Source: Octopus sinensis
Taxonomy: Eukaryota
Length of the DNA stretch: 64,000 nt
Assembly (NCBI RefSeq): GCF_006345805.1
Contig: NC_043010.1
Coordinates: 62,310,001 to 62,374,000, forward strand
Direction of reading: 5' to 3'
Under the pieces are notes generated by a model. That model saw only the letters and a list, made by a program, of their open reading frames with translations. It searched no databases and had not been told where the DNA came from. Below, piece by piece: positions 1 through 11,559 of this stretch; position 1 is the first letter of the stretch; each line of letters begins with the position of its first letter. Both the position numbers and the translations under genes were made by a program.

Positions 1-1271
1 TAGCGACGGCAGGGGTATTGTTTTCAGTTGTGTTTGTTTGTTTATCGTTGGACAAGATGTCTCAAGAACCACTGGATGGATTTGGATGAAACTTTCAGGG
101 ATGTTTGGCCTCATGGCTGGCATGAACTGATTAGATTTTGGGATCGATCCAATACCTGACAAGGATTCTGAATTATTTTTCCAGTTTTTTTACTTCATTT
201 TTAAGAGTGGTCATATTCATTATTAGTATTCTTGTTTGTGAGAGCAATCGAGTTTGTTTCAGATATTCTCATTTTTAAAATCATCTCAGATTTGGTGTTG
301 CCTTGGCAGAGGTTTGCACTCTCTGAGTGCTCTTATTATTATTATTATTATTATTATTATATTATTATTATTATTATTATAATTATTGTTATTATCATCA
401 TCATTGTTGTTGTTATTATTATTGAGTGAGAGAGCAGTGCATGCCATCAAAGTGACACTGGGGTAAAATATACAAATCCCTGTATACCCATCATGACTAC
501 CCATGCATCACAACCACATGTGCACGACATGGTGATCTCATATAAAGATAAACAGCGCTTAACCTTGCAGGTGGGGCCCAGTTAGAATTTTCTTCCGGTC
601 GAGTAGCCGATCCTATTCAAAAGGTCCCTGAATGAGGGTTGTTTAAGGATGTTGAACAAAACACCCATATTTTAAGAGGTGAATTATCCAAACCCCAAAG
701 AGTTCCTCTCAACACATGGCTATGATGCTCCCCCACTACTTTTGCTGGTAATCAGAGATGCACATATTGTCAGCCACTAAGGGACATGCTCAACTTGTTA
801 TGGTCAAGCAACTGACAAGCAAATTTGTGGTATTGAGCAGTATATTTGCTGTAGCCCATCTTTTATACTAAGACAAAACAATGTCCGTGATAACACCTCC
901 AATCAGTTAAGATCAGAAGCCATGAGAGCCACTGCCTGGTACTGCATCAGAGCTATTCAACCTTTGGTAGGTTCAAGCAAATTTCTACTGCATCACCTGT
1001 GTTGCTGGGAGTCTGTGTAGCATTGTGTGTTCTTTTTGCTGTTGGGGGAGTGAAAACTCTTTCTGGTATTGTATTGTGTCAGTTTGTTTTGTTATGAGCT
1101 CTGGTTGCAGTCTTTTGTTGTACCAGTGTTTGTGTTGTGTGTGTAATTCGAGTTGAGCTCTGTTGGGTCTCTGGCTTGTGGAATCCATGTTTTGGTGGTG
1201 GTTTATTTTATTGGATATTTGTTGTATAGAATGTGTCTTGTGTTCATGGATTGTTTTTTCTATGAGCTGTA

Positions 1272-1560
1272 TTATTGAATTGCTAGTGTTTTGCATAGGA
1301 TATGGGCTGTTCCCAGCAGGGCTATTTTTTGGACAGTGTGTGGTGTTGAGGGTCCAGATATAGCTTCTATGTTTTTGTTTCTTTTTTATCATACCCTATG
1401 CTCCAATAATTACTGGTATTATTTTCACCTTTGTGTCCCACATCTTGAATACTTCAATCTCGAGCTCTTTGTAGTTTGACAATTTCTTCACTTTGTTCTG
1501 GACAATATTTTGGTCAGAAGGGACTGCAATATCTATCAGTAAACAGGTGGGTTTTCTTTT
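1272..1560 (-). pseudogene. C-terminal restriction-like endonuclease (RLE) domain remnant of a non-LTR retrotransposon (R2/R4-Dong/NeSL/HERO group)
   Basis: Manual minus-strand translation gives TCLLIDIAVPSDQNIVQNKVKKLSNYKELEIEVFKMWDTKVKIIPVIIGA*GMI, then after a frameshift near 1375 EAISGPSTPHTVQKIALLGTAHILCKTLAIQ*. This matches the D-x-A-x-P...K-x-x-K/N-Y and 'KxALLGTAHIL' pattern of RLE-type LINE ORF ends. One in-frame stop and one frameshift. Confidence 0.75.
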
Positions 1561-1999
1561 TTCAATCCTTGATGATGATGATGATGATTACGATTATCAT
1601 CATCATCATACTTCTCAGACTGCTCGTTTTTGTTTGCCCTGGTAGATCCTGTGAGAGTGGACAGCATCCTGCTGTCAGAGGTCTCACAGGCTCTCTTTCT
1701 GCACATTAGAAGTTTTGATACTTGGTTGTAATCATTGTCATCATCATCATCGTTATTATAGGGTGATGGATTGGCAGTGTCGTTAGAGCATCGAACAAAG
1801 CCACCCTGTATTTAATTGTGCTTCTTAGCTCGTTATCTTTCCATGCTCATTAAGATAGAGAACCTGTTAATTACAGAGCTTCATATAACTGTCTACATCT
1901 CCCTCTTAAATCTCAAACCTTGGACCTCTCTTAGAAATCCTTATTACGATGCTTATTTTGACTTCACCTGCTTTAAATGTTGTTGTTGTTATTTTGTAG

Positions 2000-2230
2000 G
2001 TTTTTACCAGAGGAAGCAGCAGTTCTTCACATTGACTGAGACCTTTGACTACAGCGTCGTTGTGACAGCCGCCTCGTTAACCTCCAACTGTATCTCGATA
2101 AATTGTCGCCACTACTTGGTGCCCTGCTGGTGTTGGGAAGAGAAAAGAAGAGACGGAGAGAGAGGGAGAAAACCTTTTCAAAGATTTTTTTCTCCTCTGG
2201 AGCATGTCAACCCAGACAGTTCTTCTACAG
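2000..2230 (+). other. Predicted 5'UTR exon of ZNF-A
   Basis: Acceptor TTATTTTGTAG ending 1999 and donor CAG|GTTAGT at 2231; non-repetitive, more GC-rich sequence. Splicing is inferred, with no transcript data. Confidence 0.4.
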
Positions 2231-2245
2231 GTTAGTTTATGTTAA

Positions 2246-2749
2246 CCCTTTCGTTACTATATTTATTTTGAGCATCTGATTGTGGCCGTTGCCAGCCTCA
2301 TCTGGCCCCTGTGCTGGTGGTACGTAAAAAGCACCATCTGATCGTGGCCGTTTGCCAGCTTCGTCTGGCACCTGTGCAGGTGGCACATAAAAAGCACCCA
2401 CTACACTCTCGGAGTGGGTGGTGTTAGGAAGGGCATCCAGCTGTAGAAACACAGCCAGATCAGACTGGGTTTGGCGCAGCCTTCTTTGCTTCCCAGACCC
2501 CAGTTGAACCGTCCAACCCATGCCAGCATGGAAAACGGACGTTAAACGATGATGATGATGATGCTCTGTGTTTCTTTCAATTAATTTTAAATATAACAAA
2601 GAATTTAGTAAAATAACTTTGTAATATTTCAGCTAGTGCTAGGAACATAAATTGTGACTAAGGTTTGGTGGAAGATTTAAATTCAAAACTTATGAAAACA
2701 AGACATTTGGACTACAGAGCTGGTTTCAGCCGGGTTGGTAACAAAAGGG
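2246..2749. mobile_element. piggyBac-type MITE interrupted by an RTE 3' end fragment
   Basis: TTAA|CCCTTTCGTTAC at 2242-2257 and GTAACAAAAGGG|TTAA ending 2753. The internal sequence matches the uninterrupted copy at 26854-27073. Confidence 0.8.
2273..2563 (+). mobile_element. RTE-LINE 3'UTR fragment with (GAT)n tail
   Basis: Same sequence as the 3'UTR that follows the RTE ORF end at 37603-38545; two ~60-bp internal repeats; ends GGACGTTAAACGATGATGATG. Confidence 0.75.
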
Positions 2750-3089
2750 TTAAAACACACACACTCACACCTCACACACCTATACACCCTAGCACTTTTC
2801 CAACTCCCTCCTCTAAAATGTGAATAGTTTTTCTGGTTCCTCTGCTGCAAGAATCCTGTGTATAATCCAGTGTAAGAAACCACTTCTGTATTTGATAGCC
2901 ATTTTTGCACTTATATATTAAATATACACATCTTTACATGTATATATATATCTATAGTATTTATTTTTGTTTTCTTTTCACTGTTTCAGAGTGTACTGTG
3001 TGACCTGTTTTGTTGAGAAGACAATCAGTCGGTCCGAGCCACATTCGTTAAGACTCTACTAGTTCTTGTTTCATGCTTTCATTATCATC

Positions 3090-5429
3090 ATGGAGAGGTC
3101 TGCCGGGATTCCAATCTATGGTGAAATGTATGGCATGCCATTCCATCACAGACTTCCCACACCAAGAATGCCAACCCTTAGCGACTTTTCTGGCAAGCAT
3201 TTCGGCCAGGAACATGCTCTTGATACTCAAAGGATGGCTCCGTTAGGGGGCAAACAATTTCCTATTCATAGCTCACAGAGTTCTCACTCACAGCAAAGGA
3301 TGACGCCGATTGCTGAGAAATCCAGCCATCACCATAGCAACAGTTCTGGGAAGCACATTCACCATCGACATAGTTCTTCTCATTCACACAGCTCTCAAAG
3401 AATGTTAGAACCCGGTGAGAAATCTATCCACAATAGCAGCAGTGACTCTGGGAAGCAGTACTCCCATGACACACACAGGATCTCTCATGTGGCTGAGAAG
3501 TCTTCCCATAGCTCCGGCAAGCATATGTCTCATGGAAGTTGTCAGGAGACTCCAAGGATGTCACATGTTCCAGAGAAAAACATTCACAACAGCATCTCCA
3601 GTAAACAGATCTCTTCCCACAGACATAACTTGGAGAAGGAGAGAATAGCCTCACCAGTTGACAAACCAGACAATAACAGCAACAGCGACCTGTCTGGGAG
3701 CCAGTTCTCTCATGAGTCGACTATAGAGAGCCAGAGACTGCCCTATATTGGTCAGACAGTGTTTCCTGGTAACAATATGTACAGCAGCCAGTATTCTCAA
3801 CCATGTTACCTACCAACTACTGACAGAATGCAGTCAAGCTTGGAGGGCGGACAATCATCTAAGGAGAGTTCTTCTCAAAAGAGCTCCACTTCTAGTATTG
3901 ATAAATCATTCCATGGTGATGTGTCTCAAAAACAATATGGCCCGAACAAATTGTCGCCAAGCCAACCCAAACCACAAGTATTGAGGCAGCTCTTCTGCGA
4001 TTACTGTGGCAAGAAGTTTGCTCAGGAATATTTGATGCACATGCACCGAAGGAAACACACAGGAGAGAAACCGTTCCAATGCGATATCTGCAACAAACAG
4101 TTCTCTCGCAAAGATGTTATGAAAAGACATAAGAAAAACCATATGGAGGGTCTTGTCCAATCCCCCAAAGTTCTTGGAAACAGCTACCAAGTTCCTATGC
4201 AAGAGAATTCTCAAATGGCGAAAAAGCAGTTTACACCAGATAAACTATTTCAATGCGATGTATGCATGAAGTATTTCGGTACGAGGAATTATCTTGAAAT
4301 TCATAAGAGGACTCATACTGGGGAGAAACCATTCCAATGTGATTTCTGTATCCAAAAATTTGCTCGAAGAGACACGCTTCAGATCCATCGACGCACCCAT
4401 ACTGGAGAGATGCCATTCCAGTGTGAAGTCTGTCAGGAGAGATTTTCACAGCGAATAAAGCTTCAGATTCATCAGAAAACACACATTTTGAAGAAACGGC
4501 ACCAATGCGAATTTTGTCTGAAGCATTTTGCACAAAGGTATTACCTACAGATCCATCGACGACTGCACACCGGTGAAAAACTGATGCACTGTGACATTTG
4601 TTTGAAGAAGTTCACTCAAAAACATTACTTAATCATTCACCGAAGAACCCACACGGGAGAGAAACCATTCCAGTGTGACTTTTGCATCCAGAAATTTGCT
4701 CGCAAAACGACCCTTCAAATTCACCGGAGGACTCACACGGGGGAAAAACCGTTCCATTGTGAGATTTGTGACAAGAGGTTCGCCCAGAGCGATAAGTTGC
4801 GAGTTCACCGTCGCACTCATGCACCGAAGCGTCAGTATCAATGCGATATTTGCTTAAAGATGTTTGCGCAGAGACATTATCTTCATGTCCATCAGAGGTC
4901 TCACACGGGAGAGAAACCGTTCCAATGTGAAGTTTGTTTTAAACAGTTTGCTCAGAGAAACACATTACAGATACACAAGCGAACCCACACAGGAGAAAAA
5001 CCATTCCAGTGTGACGTCTGCCTCAAGAACTTTGCCCACAAACACTATCTAAGATTACATAAACGGACCCACACTGGGGAAAAGCCATTTCAATGTGACT
5101 TCTGCCTGAAGCAGTTTGCACAGAAAAACTCTTTGAAGATCCATTGTCGAACCCACACTGGTGAGAAACCGTACCAGTGTGAGATATGCTTCAAGTCTTT
5201 TGCTCAAAGACAATACCTGCGATTGCACAAGATTACACACAGCGGAGAGAAAGCCTACCATTGTGATATGTGCCCGAAACAGTTCACACGAGGGGATACC
5301 CTGCAGAGACACAAGAAGACTCACAACGGACCCCAACCGAGCAGTAAACCTCACAAAGTGTCTGTTAATTCCAACAATAAAACAATTGAAGAGTTTCCAC
5401 CAATGAGCACATACCTGTGGCAGCTGTAG
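3090..5429 (+). CDS. C2H2 zinc-finger protein (ZNF-A): 15 fingers (2+13) and a Ser/His-rich N-terminus
   Basis: Uninterrupted ORF (track 3066-5429; first ATG at 3090). 15 C-x2-C-x12-H-x3-H motifs, mostly with TGEKPF linkers. Polypyrimidine acceptor TTTTCACTGTTTCAG ends at 2989. Confidence 0.93.
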   Translation: MERSAGIPIYGEMYGMPFHHRLPTPRMPTLSDFSGKHFGQEHALDTQRMAPLGGKQFPIHSSQSSHSQQRMTPIAEKSSHHHSNSSGKHIHHRHSSSHSHSSQRMLEPGEKSIHNSSSDSGKQYSHDTHRISHVAEKSSHSSGKHMSHGSCQETPRMSHVPEKNIHNSISSKQISSHRHNLEKERIASPVDKPDNNSNSDLSGSQFSHESTIESQRLPYIGQTVFPGNNMYSSQYSQPCYLPTTDRMQSSLEGGQSSKESSSQKSSTSSIDKSFHGDVSQKQYGPNKLSPSQPKPQVLRQLFCDYCGKKFAQEYLMHMHRRKHTGEKPFQCDICNKQFSRKDVMKRHKKNHMEGLVQSPKVLGNSYQVPMQENSQMAKKQFTPDKLFQCDVCMKYFGTRNYLEIHKRTHTGEKPFQCDFCIQKFARRDTLQIHRRTHTGEMPFQCEVCQERFSQRIKLQIHQKTHILKKRHQCEFCLKHFAQRYYLQIHRRLHTGEKLMHCDICLKKFTQKHYLIIHRRTHTGEKPFQCDFCIQKFARKTTLQIHRRTHTGEKPFHCEICDKRFAQSDKLRVHRRTHAPKRQYQCDICLKMFAQRHYLHVHQRSHTGEKPFQCEVCFKQFAQRNTLQIHKRTHTGEKPFQCDVCLKNFAHKHYLRLHKRTHTGEKPFQCDFCLKQFAQKNSLKIHCRTHTGEKPYQCEICFKSFAQRQYLRLHKITHSGEKAYHCDMCPKQFTRGDTLQRHKKTHNGPQPSSKPHKVSVNSNNKTIEEFPPMSTYLWQL

Positions 5430-7649
5430 GCCCACGGATGTCGGCACAGAGCAGGTGACTTATAGAGTATTGAAAGTCTTGTTGCAAAGTAAACGTTGAA
5501 AAACGAATGGATTTTCATGAGCAAATGTCATCAACAACAACATCAACAACAACAGCAAGGGTTGTTACAAGTTGTGAAATGATTTCCTGGCCATTCAGTT
5601 GTAAAAACAGCTGCTGAATGGCTGCTTTCAAATGGCAAATGAGTGAGTTTTATCCAGATTATCAGTCTTGACCAGACTGGAAGAGAATAGTGGGCTTTTT
5701 GTGGTTGGTCAAACACTAACCAACATTGTACACATAAACTGTCCCTTTTTTAATGAGGGATATTGTAATTAGATCTCAATTATATGCAACACATACACAC
5801 CACACACATATATATATATATATACATACATACATACACTGATATATATGTGTGTGTGTGTGTACTCTAATACATGTACACATATTCACATACATTTATA
5901 TATGTACACTAGTATATACACATGAATCTGTAGAGGTATTTCTACCTATGTATATTGCTACACATATACATACATATAGACAAATAGATATACATATGTG
6001 TGTGTATTTATTTATATATATATATATTATATATACACACACATACACACACACAATTTATATGTACAAAGGAACAGTCAATGATTACCATTATTGTGTA
6101 TTAAAAAAAATTCATAACAACACTAACACCTGAGATATCCAAGAAAATCCTGTTTTCCCCACCCCAACTCTTTGTCTCCCCTGTTTCTCCACACTTCTAG
6201 ATATTGTTCCTTTCTCTTCTTCTTCTTCTATGCCCCCCCCCCCCATCACACAACACACATTATAACGATCTACTGAGAAAAGCCACAACTAATTTGCATA
6301 TAATTCGTTATGCCCTCTCCATGCAGCTGCTTGTTTCCTAGACTTGTGGCACAGACCATTGTCCCTTACTGCCATCACAACTGTAGAAAAACGTTGAGTT
6401 TTTGCTGTGTCCATCCCACCCAGCACCCCACATTCTGCTGCTCCCACTGTTAAAAACCCAGTCCTTCTTCCCTGCTACCCCAAACATTTACCTTCTGTAA
6501 TTCCCTCCTTGTTAACAATAGTGACTGTTCCTGAATAATGTTTGATGTGTGTGGCAGTGAGGATGGATGGCCATGGCTACAGCCTCCACCCCCACCTTTC
6601 ATACACCTTCAAAGGAATGCTCTTAAACTGTGACTGCAGTGCAGTCTTCTGGTCTCGTATTGTGGCTCACTGTAGACGTGATGGTCGTGGTTGGAATGAT
6701 TTGATTATAGGGCTACTCAGTTAAGGTCGACCCCCCTGGCTAAACAATAAGAAACGGGTGACCTCTAACTGTGTTCGAGACGTCTGCGAATACTGGCGAC
6801 CATTTTTGGATTGGGACAAATCAGTGCTTCTTTACGGGACAAGTAAGAGTACAGCAACAACAACAACAGGAGCAAGCGGTGCAGCAGCAGTGCACGAAGG
6901 GCAAACTGCTCCCTTATGTGCCACATAGCCCCCAGTGTAATGTGGAATGCTGGAGAGGAAGAGGTCAAGTAAAACAGATCTAGGAGTTCATATATATATA
7001 TAAGTACTTATTGGCTGTCTGTTGGATAAACATAAACACACACACACACACACATTAATACATGCACACACGCATATATATATGTGCATGAAAATAGTAG
7101 CCATGTATACACAGATATGTGTGAATATAGAACATGTAAATAATCAACTGAAAAGCTCCCATATTTGCCTACATTAAAACTGAATTGATACACAATCTCA
7201 TGTATTCACATGTGGACCTATACGTATGCATGTGTATATTTATATATATGTACATACACATATACGTGTGTGTATATACGTATGTATGTACAATGACAAC
7301 TAGCCGTAGCTTCAATCATTAGCCATCATATACACCCTCAACACTCAGTTCATATACACGTGTATATGTGTCTTAACTAAAAAGCATGACATTTAAAGAA
7401 AGCTTGTCAGTTTTTTTTGTTTCTTTTTTGTTTTTGAAGAAAAAAAAAACTCTTATGTATGTATGTTTGTTTCACTTATTGGACACCCACCACCAACCCC
7501 CGTCCCCTAACCCACCCCCGTTGTGCTGTGTGAATTCCTTCTTAAACAAGAAAACAAAAAAAAGCCCCCTAAAACTCTACAAATGCACTGATTTGATAGG
7601 GAGAGGAAGGATAAGGGAGATTTGGCCTTTCGACCCACACCCCTCTTTT

Positions 7650-7673
7650 TATATATATATATACATATATATG

Positions 7674-7717
<44 letters not shown>

Positions 7718-7760
7718 ATATTGGGGTCCATTGTGAGTCTTCTTGTATATATATATATAT

Positions 7761-7796
<36 letters not shown>

Positions 7797-7808
7797 CATA
7801 TATATACA

Positions 7809-7844
<36 letters not shown>

Positions 7845-8035
7845 CATATATATACATATTATATATATATATACATATATATACATATATACATATATAA
7901 TATATATATACATATATACATATATATACATACATATATATATATATATATTATACATATATACATATATATATACATACATATATATATATATACATAT
8001 ATATACATACATATATATATATACATATATGTATG
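7650..8035. repeat. Compound (TA)n/(TACA)n microsatellite
   Basis: Directly visible. Similar tracts lie at about 8490-8700, 21149-21300, 25055-25125 and 31700-31995 and generate the YI/IY-rich spurious ORFs. Confidence 0.95.
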
Positions 8036-8496
8036 TATCCTTTGTTTTTCTTATATTGTTTGTTGTCTTTTGTGAGTGAATTAAGCATCGGCATTTCCTC
8101 TGCAGTTAATCCACAGCTTATGTTCGCCCTTCCGAACCAATCACGGATGTATTTCCCTGGAGGTAACACCTGCCATACAGCCATACACGCATCTTACACC
8201 ATACATACACACACACAAACCTATATACACACACGTGTGTATTATATTTATATATTTGTGTGTGTGTGTGTATGTATATATATATATATATATATGTATA
8301 TGTGTATATATATTATTTGCCTGAGCATTTAATTCCATAGCATTATACAAATTCACATGCATTTATACACACACATATATACATCCCTGGACATGCACAT
8401 ACAATATATTATTGCCTTTGCTTCCCTTTATAAAACAGTACACATTATATACACTCACTCATACATTAACTTGTATGTGAGTATAAATGTATGTAT

Positions 8497-8543
<47 letters not shown>

Positions 8544-8590
8544 TATTATATATATGCATATATATATATATATGCATATATATATATATA

Positions 8591-8624
<34 letters not shown>

Positions 8625-8668
8625 TATATATATATATGCATATATATATATATATATATATATAGATA

Positions 8669-8699
<31 letters not shown>

Positions 8700-10799
8700 G
8701 CAGTCATACTGGCGTCATCATTACCCATATTGACAAAGACATGATATGTGTGTGTGTGTTTGGGTAGGTGCAGCAGTATAGTCTTCAATAAGGTGTAGTG
8801 GTCCTGCTGTTTTTGGTCTTTTACTGCCACTGAACAATGGTTCTAAACCTAGCTGTGCCTTCCTTGTAAAAGAATCTCGACTCTGTTGAAGGAGATATCC
8901 ATGATAAAAACAACTAAACCCCAATTTTGGTAATAATCGTCATAGTTTGTTGTTGATTAGCTCCAGATCATCCCAAATGGAGCAGGCCTTTGACCAAAGC
9001 CATTCCAACCATGCCAATCTCATCGTTTTATATAATATCAAGGACTATATTGCTCTACGTGTCCTTTGTTTGTTTTAAGGTGATAGGGTGTGATTTGAGG
9101 GAAACTCAGCTGCCATTTCCAGCGGATTGAACTACCATGTAGAGCTAGCATGGGGCAGCCTTCTTTTGAGAAGCATGCTGCTCTGCTATTTAAAAAGAAA
9201 TTAGGTAATACAGAAACTGAATATTTAATTTATCCACCCTTATTCTATCCGAGAAGGAGATTGAGAAGGTTGTATCATCTTGTAAATAAGGGTCAGTTTT
9301 ATGAAATTCTGCAAACATTTTTGTGGTTTTTATTTAGTTTAAGAGTGCTGTTGCTTACGGATAAATCCTGGTGCCAAAATGGACTCCATTCACTGCTTCT
9401 TTCCATTGTTATTCTGGCTGTTGGGTAGAATCAGCAGAACATCCATCACACGACTGGCTGTAGTTCTTCTAGCTCTTTACAATCTGAATTGAAGTCCTGC
9501 CAAGGTCAACTTTGCCTGTCATCCTTCTACAGTAAGCAGTCAAGTCCTGGGGTCAGTGTAATAGACTGGTCCCTTTCTCTCTAAAACTGCTGGGGCTTTG
9601 TGCCTAAATTAGAAACAGTTCTTATTGCTCTGTCACCAACTCGCCATTGTTCAGCCATCAACCCTTTATAAAATCTACCCGCCCACCCAAAATACTTTAT
9701 ATTGGCTCCTGGTCAATACTGACCCAGCAGGCATGATCAAAGGTGATCCAGCTGTGACCACTCTTATCTTTTGTCTTTTCTGTCATAGTCTATCTAAGAT
9801 TACAAATAAAGCTGGTTGGATGTGATTCAGAGGAGAATTGACTGCTATTTTCAGTAGATCAAGTGTCCTGTAGTATCTCCTTCGCGTAGAAATCCCTTAA
9901 AACTGAGTGTGAATTGGCTGAGCCTGTGATCTCTGACATTCGTTTTGAGTTGCTGGAACCTATTATCCCAGCTGGGTCGGTCATCTTTAAACCAACTGCA
10001 GTATTTTCCCCAATTTAGTATCACAGCAAGTGAATGAGAATACTACATCTTGCTCTAGAAATTCCTCCATACTTCTTAAAACTCCATGAAGGTGTTAGGG
10101 ACACAAGTTACCCTTGTCCTAATCTCTTCTTGTGATGTCAATGTGTATATTGTTACGGTGTTGGCATGGCCATGCGATAAAGGAATTCACTCCAAAACCA
10201 CATTGGTTGGTAAGTTCTGTGATGGCCTCAGACTATCCAATGGGTTGGGGTGTGAATGGAACTGGTGCTCAGAAACTGATGGCAGCTCATCCTTTGTGTC
10301 CTATCTTTGATGTTTGTACATTGTTTAAAAACAAAGTGACCATTTATACAGAAAAACGATGCAGTTGTTTAAAATCTGCCACAAAAATATGCTCGGTCAT
10401 TGAGCTGTTCGTTGATTGAAGGATATGAAAGAATTAATTATACCTTGCATGGAAGCAGGCAAGGGTTGATGACATCAAATGATGTTGAGTAAACAGACAC
10501 AAATATACAATGGGTTTCATTCAGTTTCCATCCACCAAATCCATTCACAGGCTTTGGTTGACCTGGGGCCATAGTAGAAACCACTTGTCCAAAATGCTAC
10601 ACTGAACATAAACCTGGAACGTGGTTGGGATGTGAACTTCTTAATCTCAGTCCTGTCTGCACCTATCGACACACGGATGTGTATGTTCACACATCCACCC
10701 CACACTCACTGGTTCTATATACTCATGCTGCAGTAATTCACTTTGCTACATTCTGCTAGCACCAACAGTACCTCTTCCATGTCCATAACCCTCTCAAAC

Positions 10800-10830
<31 letters not shown>

Positions 10831-10836
10831 CACATA

Positions 10837-11063
10837 GGGCGGCAAGCTGGCGGAAACGTTAGCACGCCAGGCGAAATGCTTAGCAGTATTTCGTCTGTCG
10901 TTATGTTCTGAGTTCAAATTCCGCCGAGGTCGACTTTGCCTTTCATCCTTTCGGGGTCGATAAATAAAGTACCAGTTTCGCACTGGGGTCAATGTAATCG
11001 ACTTAATCCCTTTATCTGTCCTTGTTTGTCCCCTTTATGTTTAGCCCCTTGTGGGCAGTAAAG

Positions 11064-11068
<5 letters not shown>
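10837..11068 (+). mobile_element. tRNA-headed SINE, family M (central GCCTTTCATCCTTTCGGGGTCGATAAA..AAGTACCAG domain), tail type C
   Basis: Head GGCGGCAAGCTGGCGGAAACGTTAGCA, B-box-like GAGTTCAAATTCC, and the central domain shared by more than 20 copies in the window; tail CCTTGTGGGCAGTAAAGAAATA. Confidence 0.85.
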
Positions 11069-11101
<33 letters not shown>

Positions 11102-11559
11102 TTATTTATATACTCATTTATGCAAAAACACAGACACTCTAATGTACAGATCTGATGTGACTATGACAGTGGTGGCCCCTGACTGCACCAATCTCCTGTC
11201 TTTGTTGGTAAGTGAAGACTGTGTATTCATGTGTATGCCTACACACACACACACACACCCACACTCTTTCCCTTCTTCTCCCTCCCCTCGACTGATCAAT
11301 CGACTCATCTAATATAACATGCTTTTCATATAGTTCATAGTTTTAATGTGTGTCATCCTTTTATTTTTCACCATTTTACCATGTTTTACATATTTCAAAT
11401 CCAATGCAAGCTACTTTGTTAATACTAATTATCATTACTATTATTATTATTATCATCATACTAAAGTACCAGTCTTTTACTAGGGTCAGTGAAATGAGCT
11501 GAGCCTCCCCTTTCTAAGCCAGGCATAACTATTATTGCTATTATATTTTATGCAGATGG

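Noticed and set aside
1-960. Probable interspersed repeats at the window start
   Set aside because: Single occurrences in the window with no diagnostic termini or coding motif, so the class cannot be supported.
985-1392. 135-aa minus ORF as a gene
   Set aside because: Frameshifted reading of an RLE-LINE end and its 3'UTR.
3180-3700. Restoration of the fossil fingers by A-to-I RNA editing
   Set aside because: A-to-I changes AGC to GGC (Gly) and cannot alter TCT; it cannot create Cys codons here.
7507-8700. Many long YI/IY/VC-rich ORFs (also at about 21.1k, 24.4k, 31.6k and 48.3k)
   Set aside because: Translations of (TA)n/(CA)n microsatellites, which lack stop codons in several frames.
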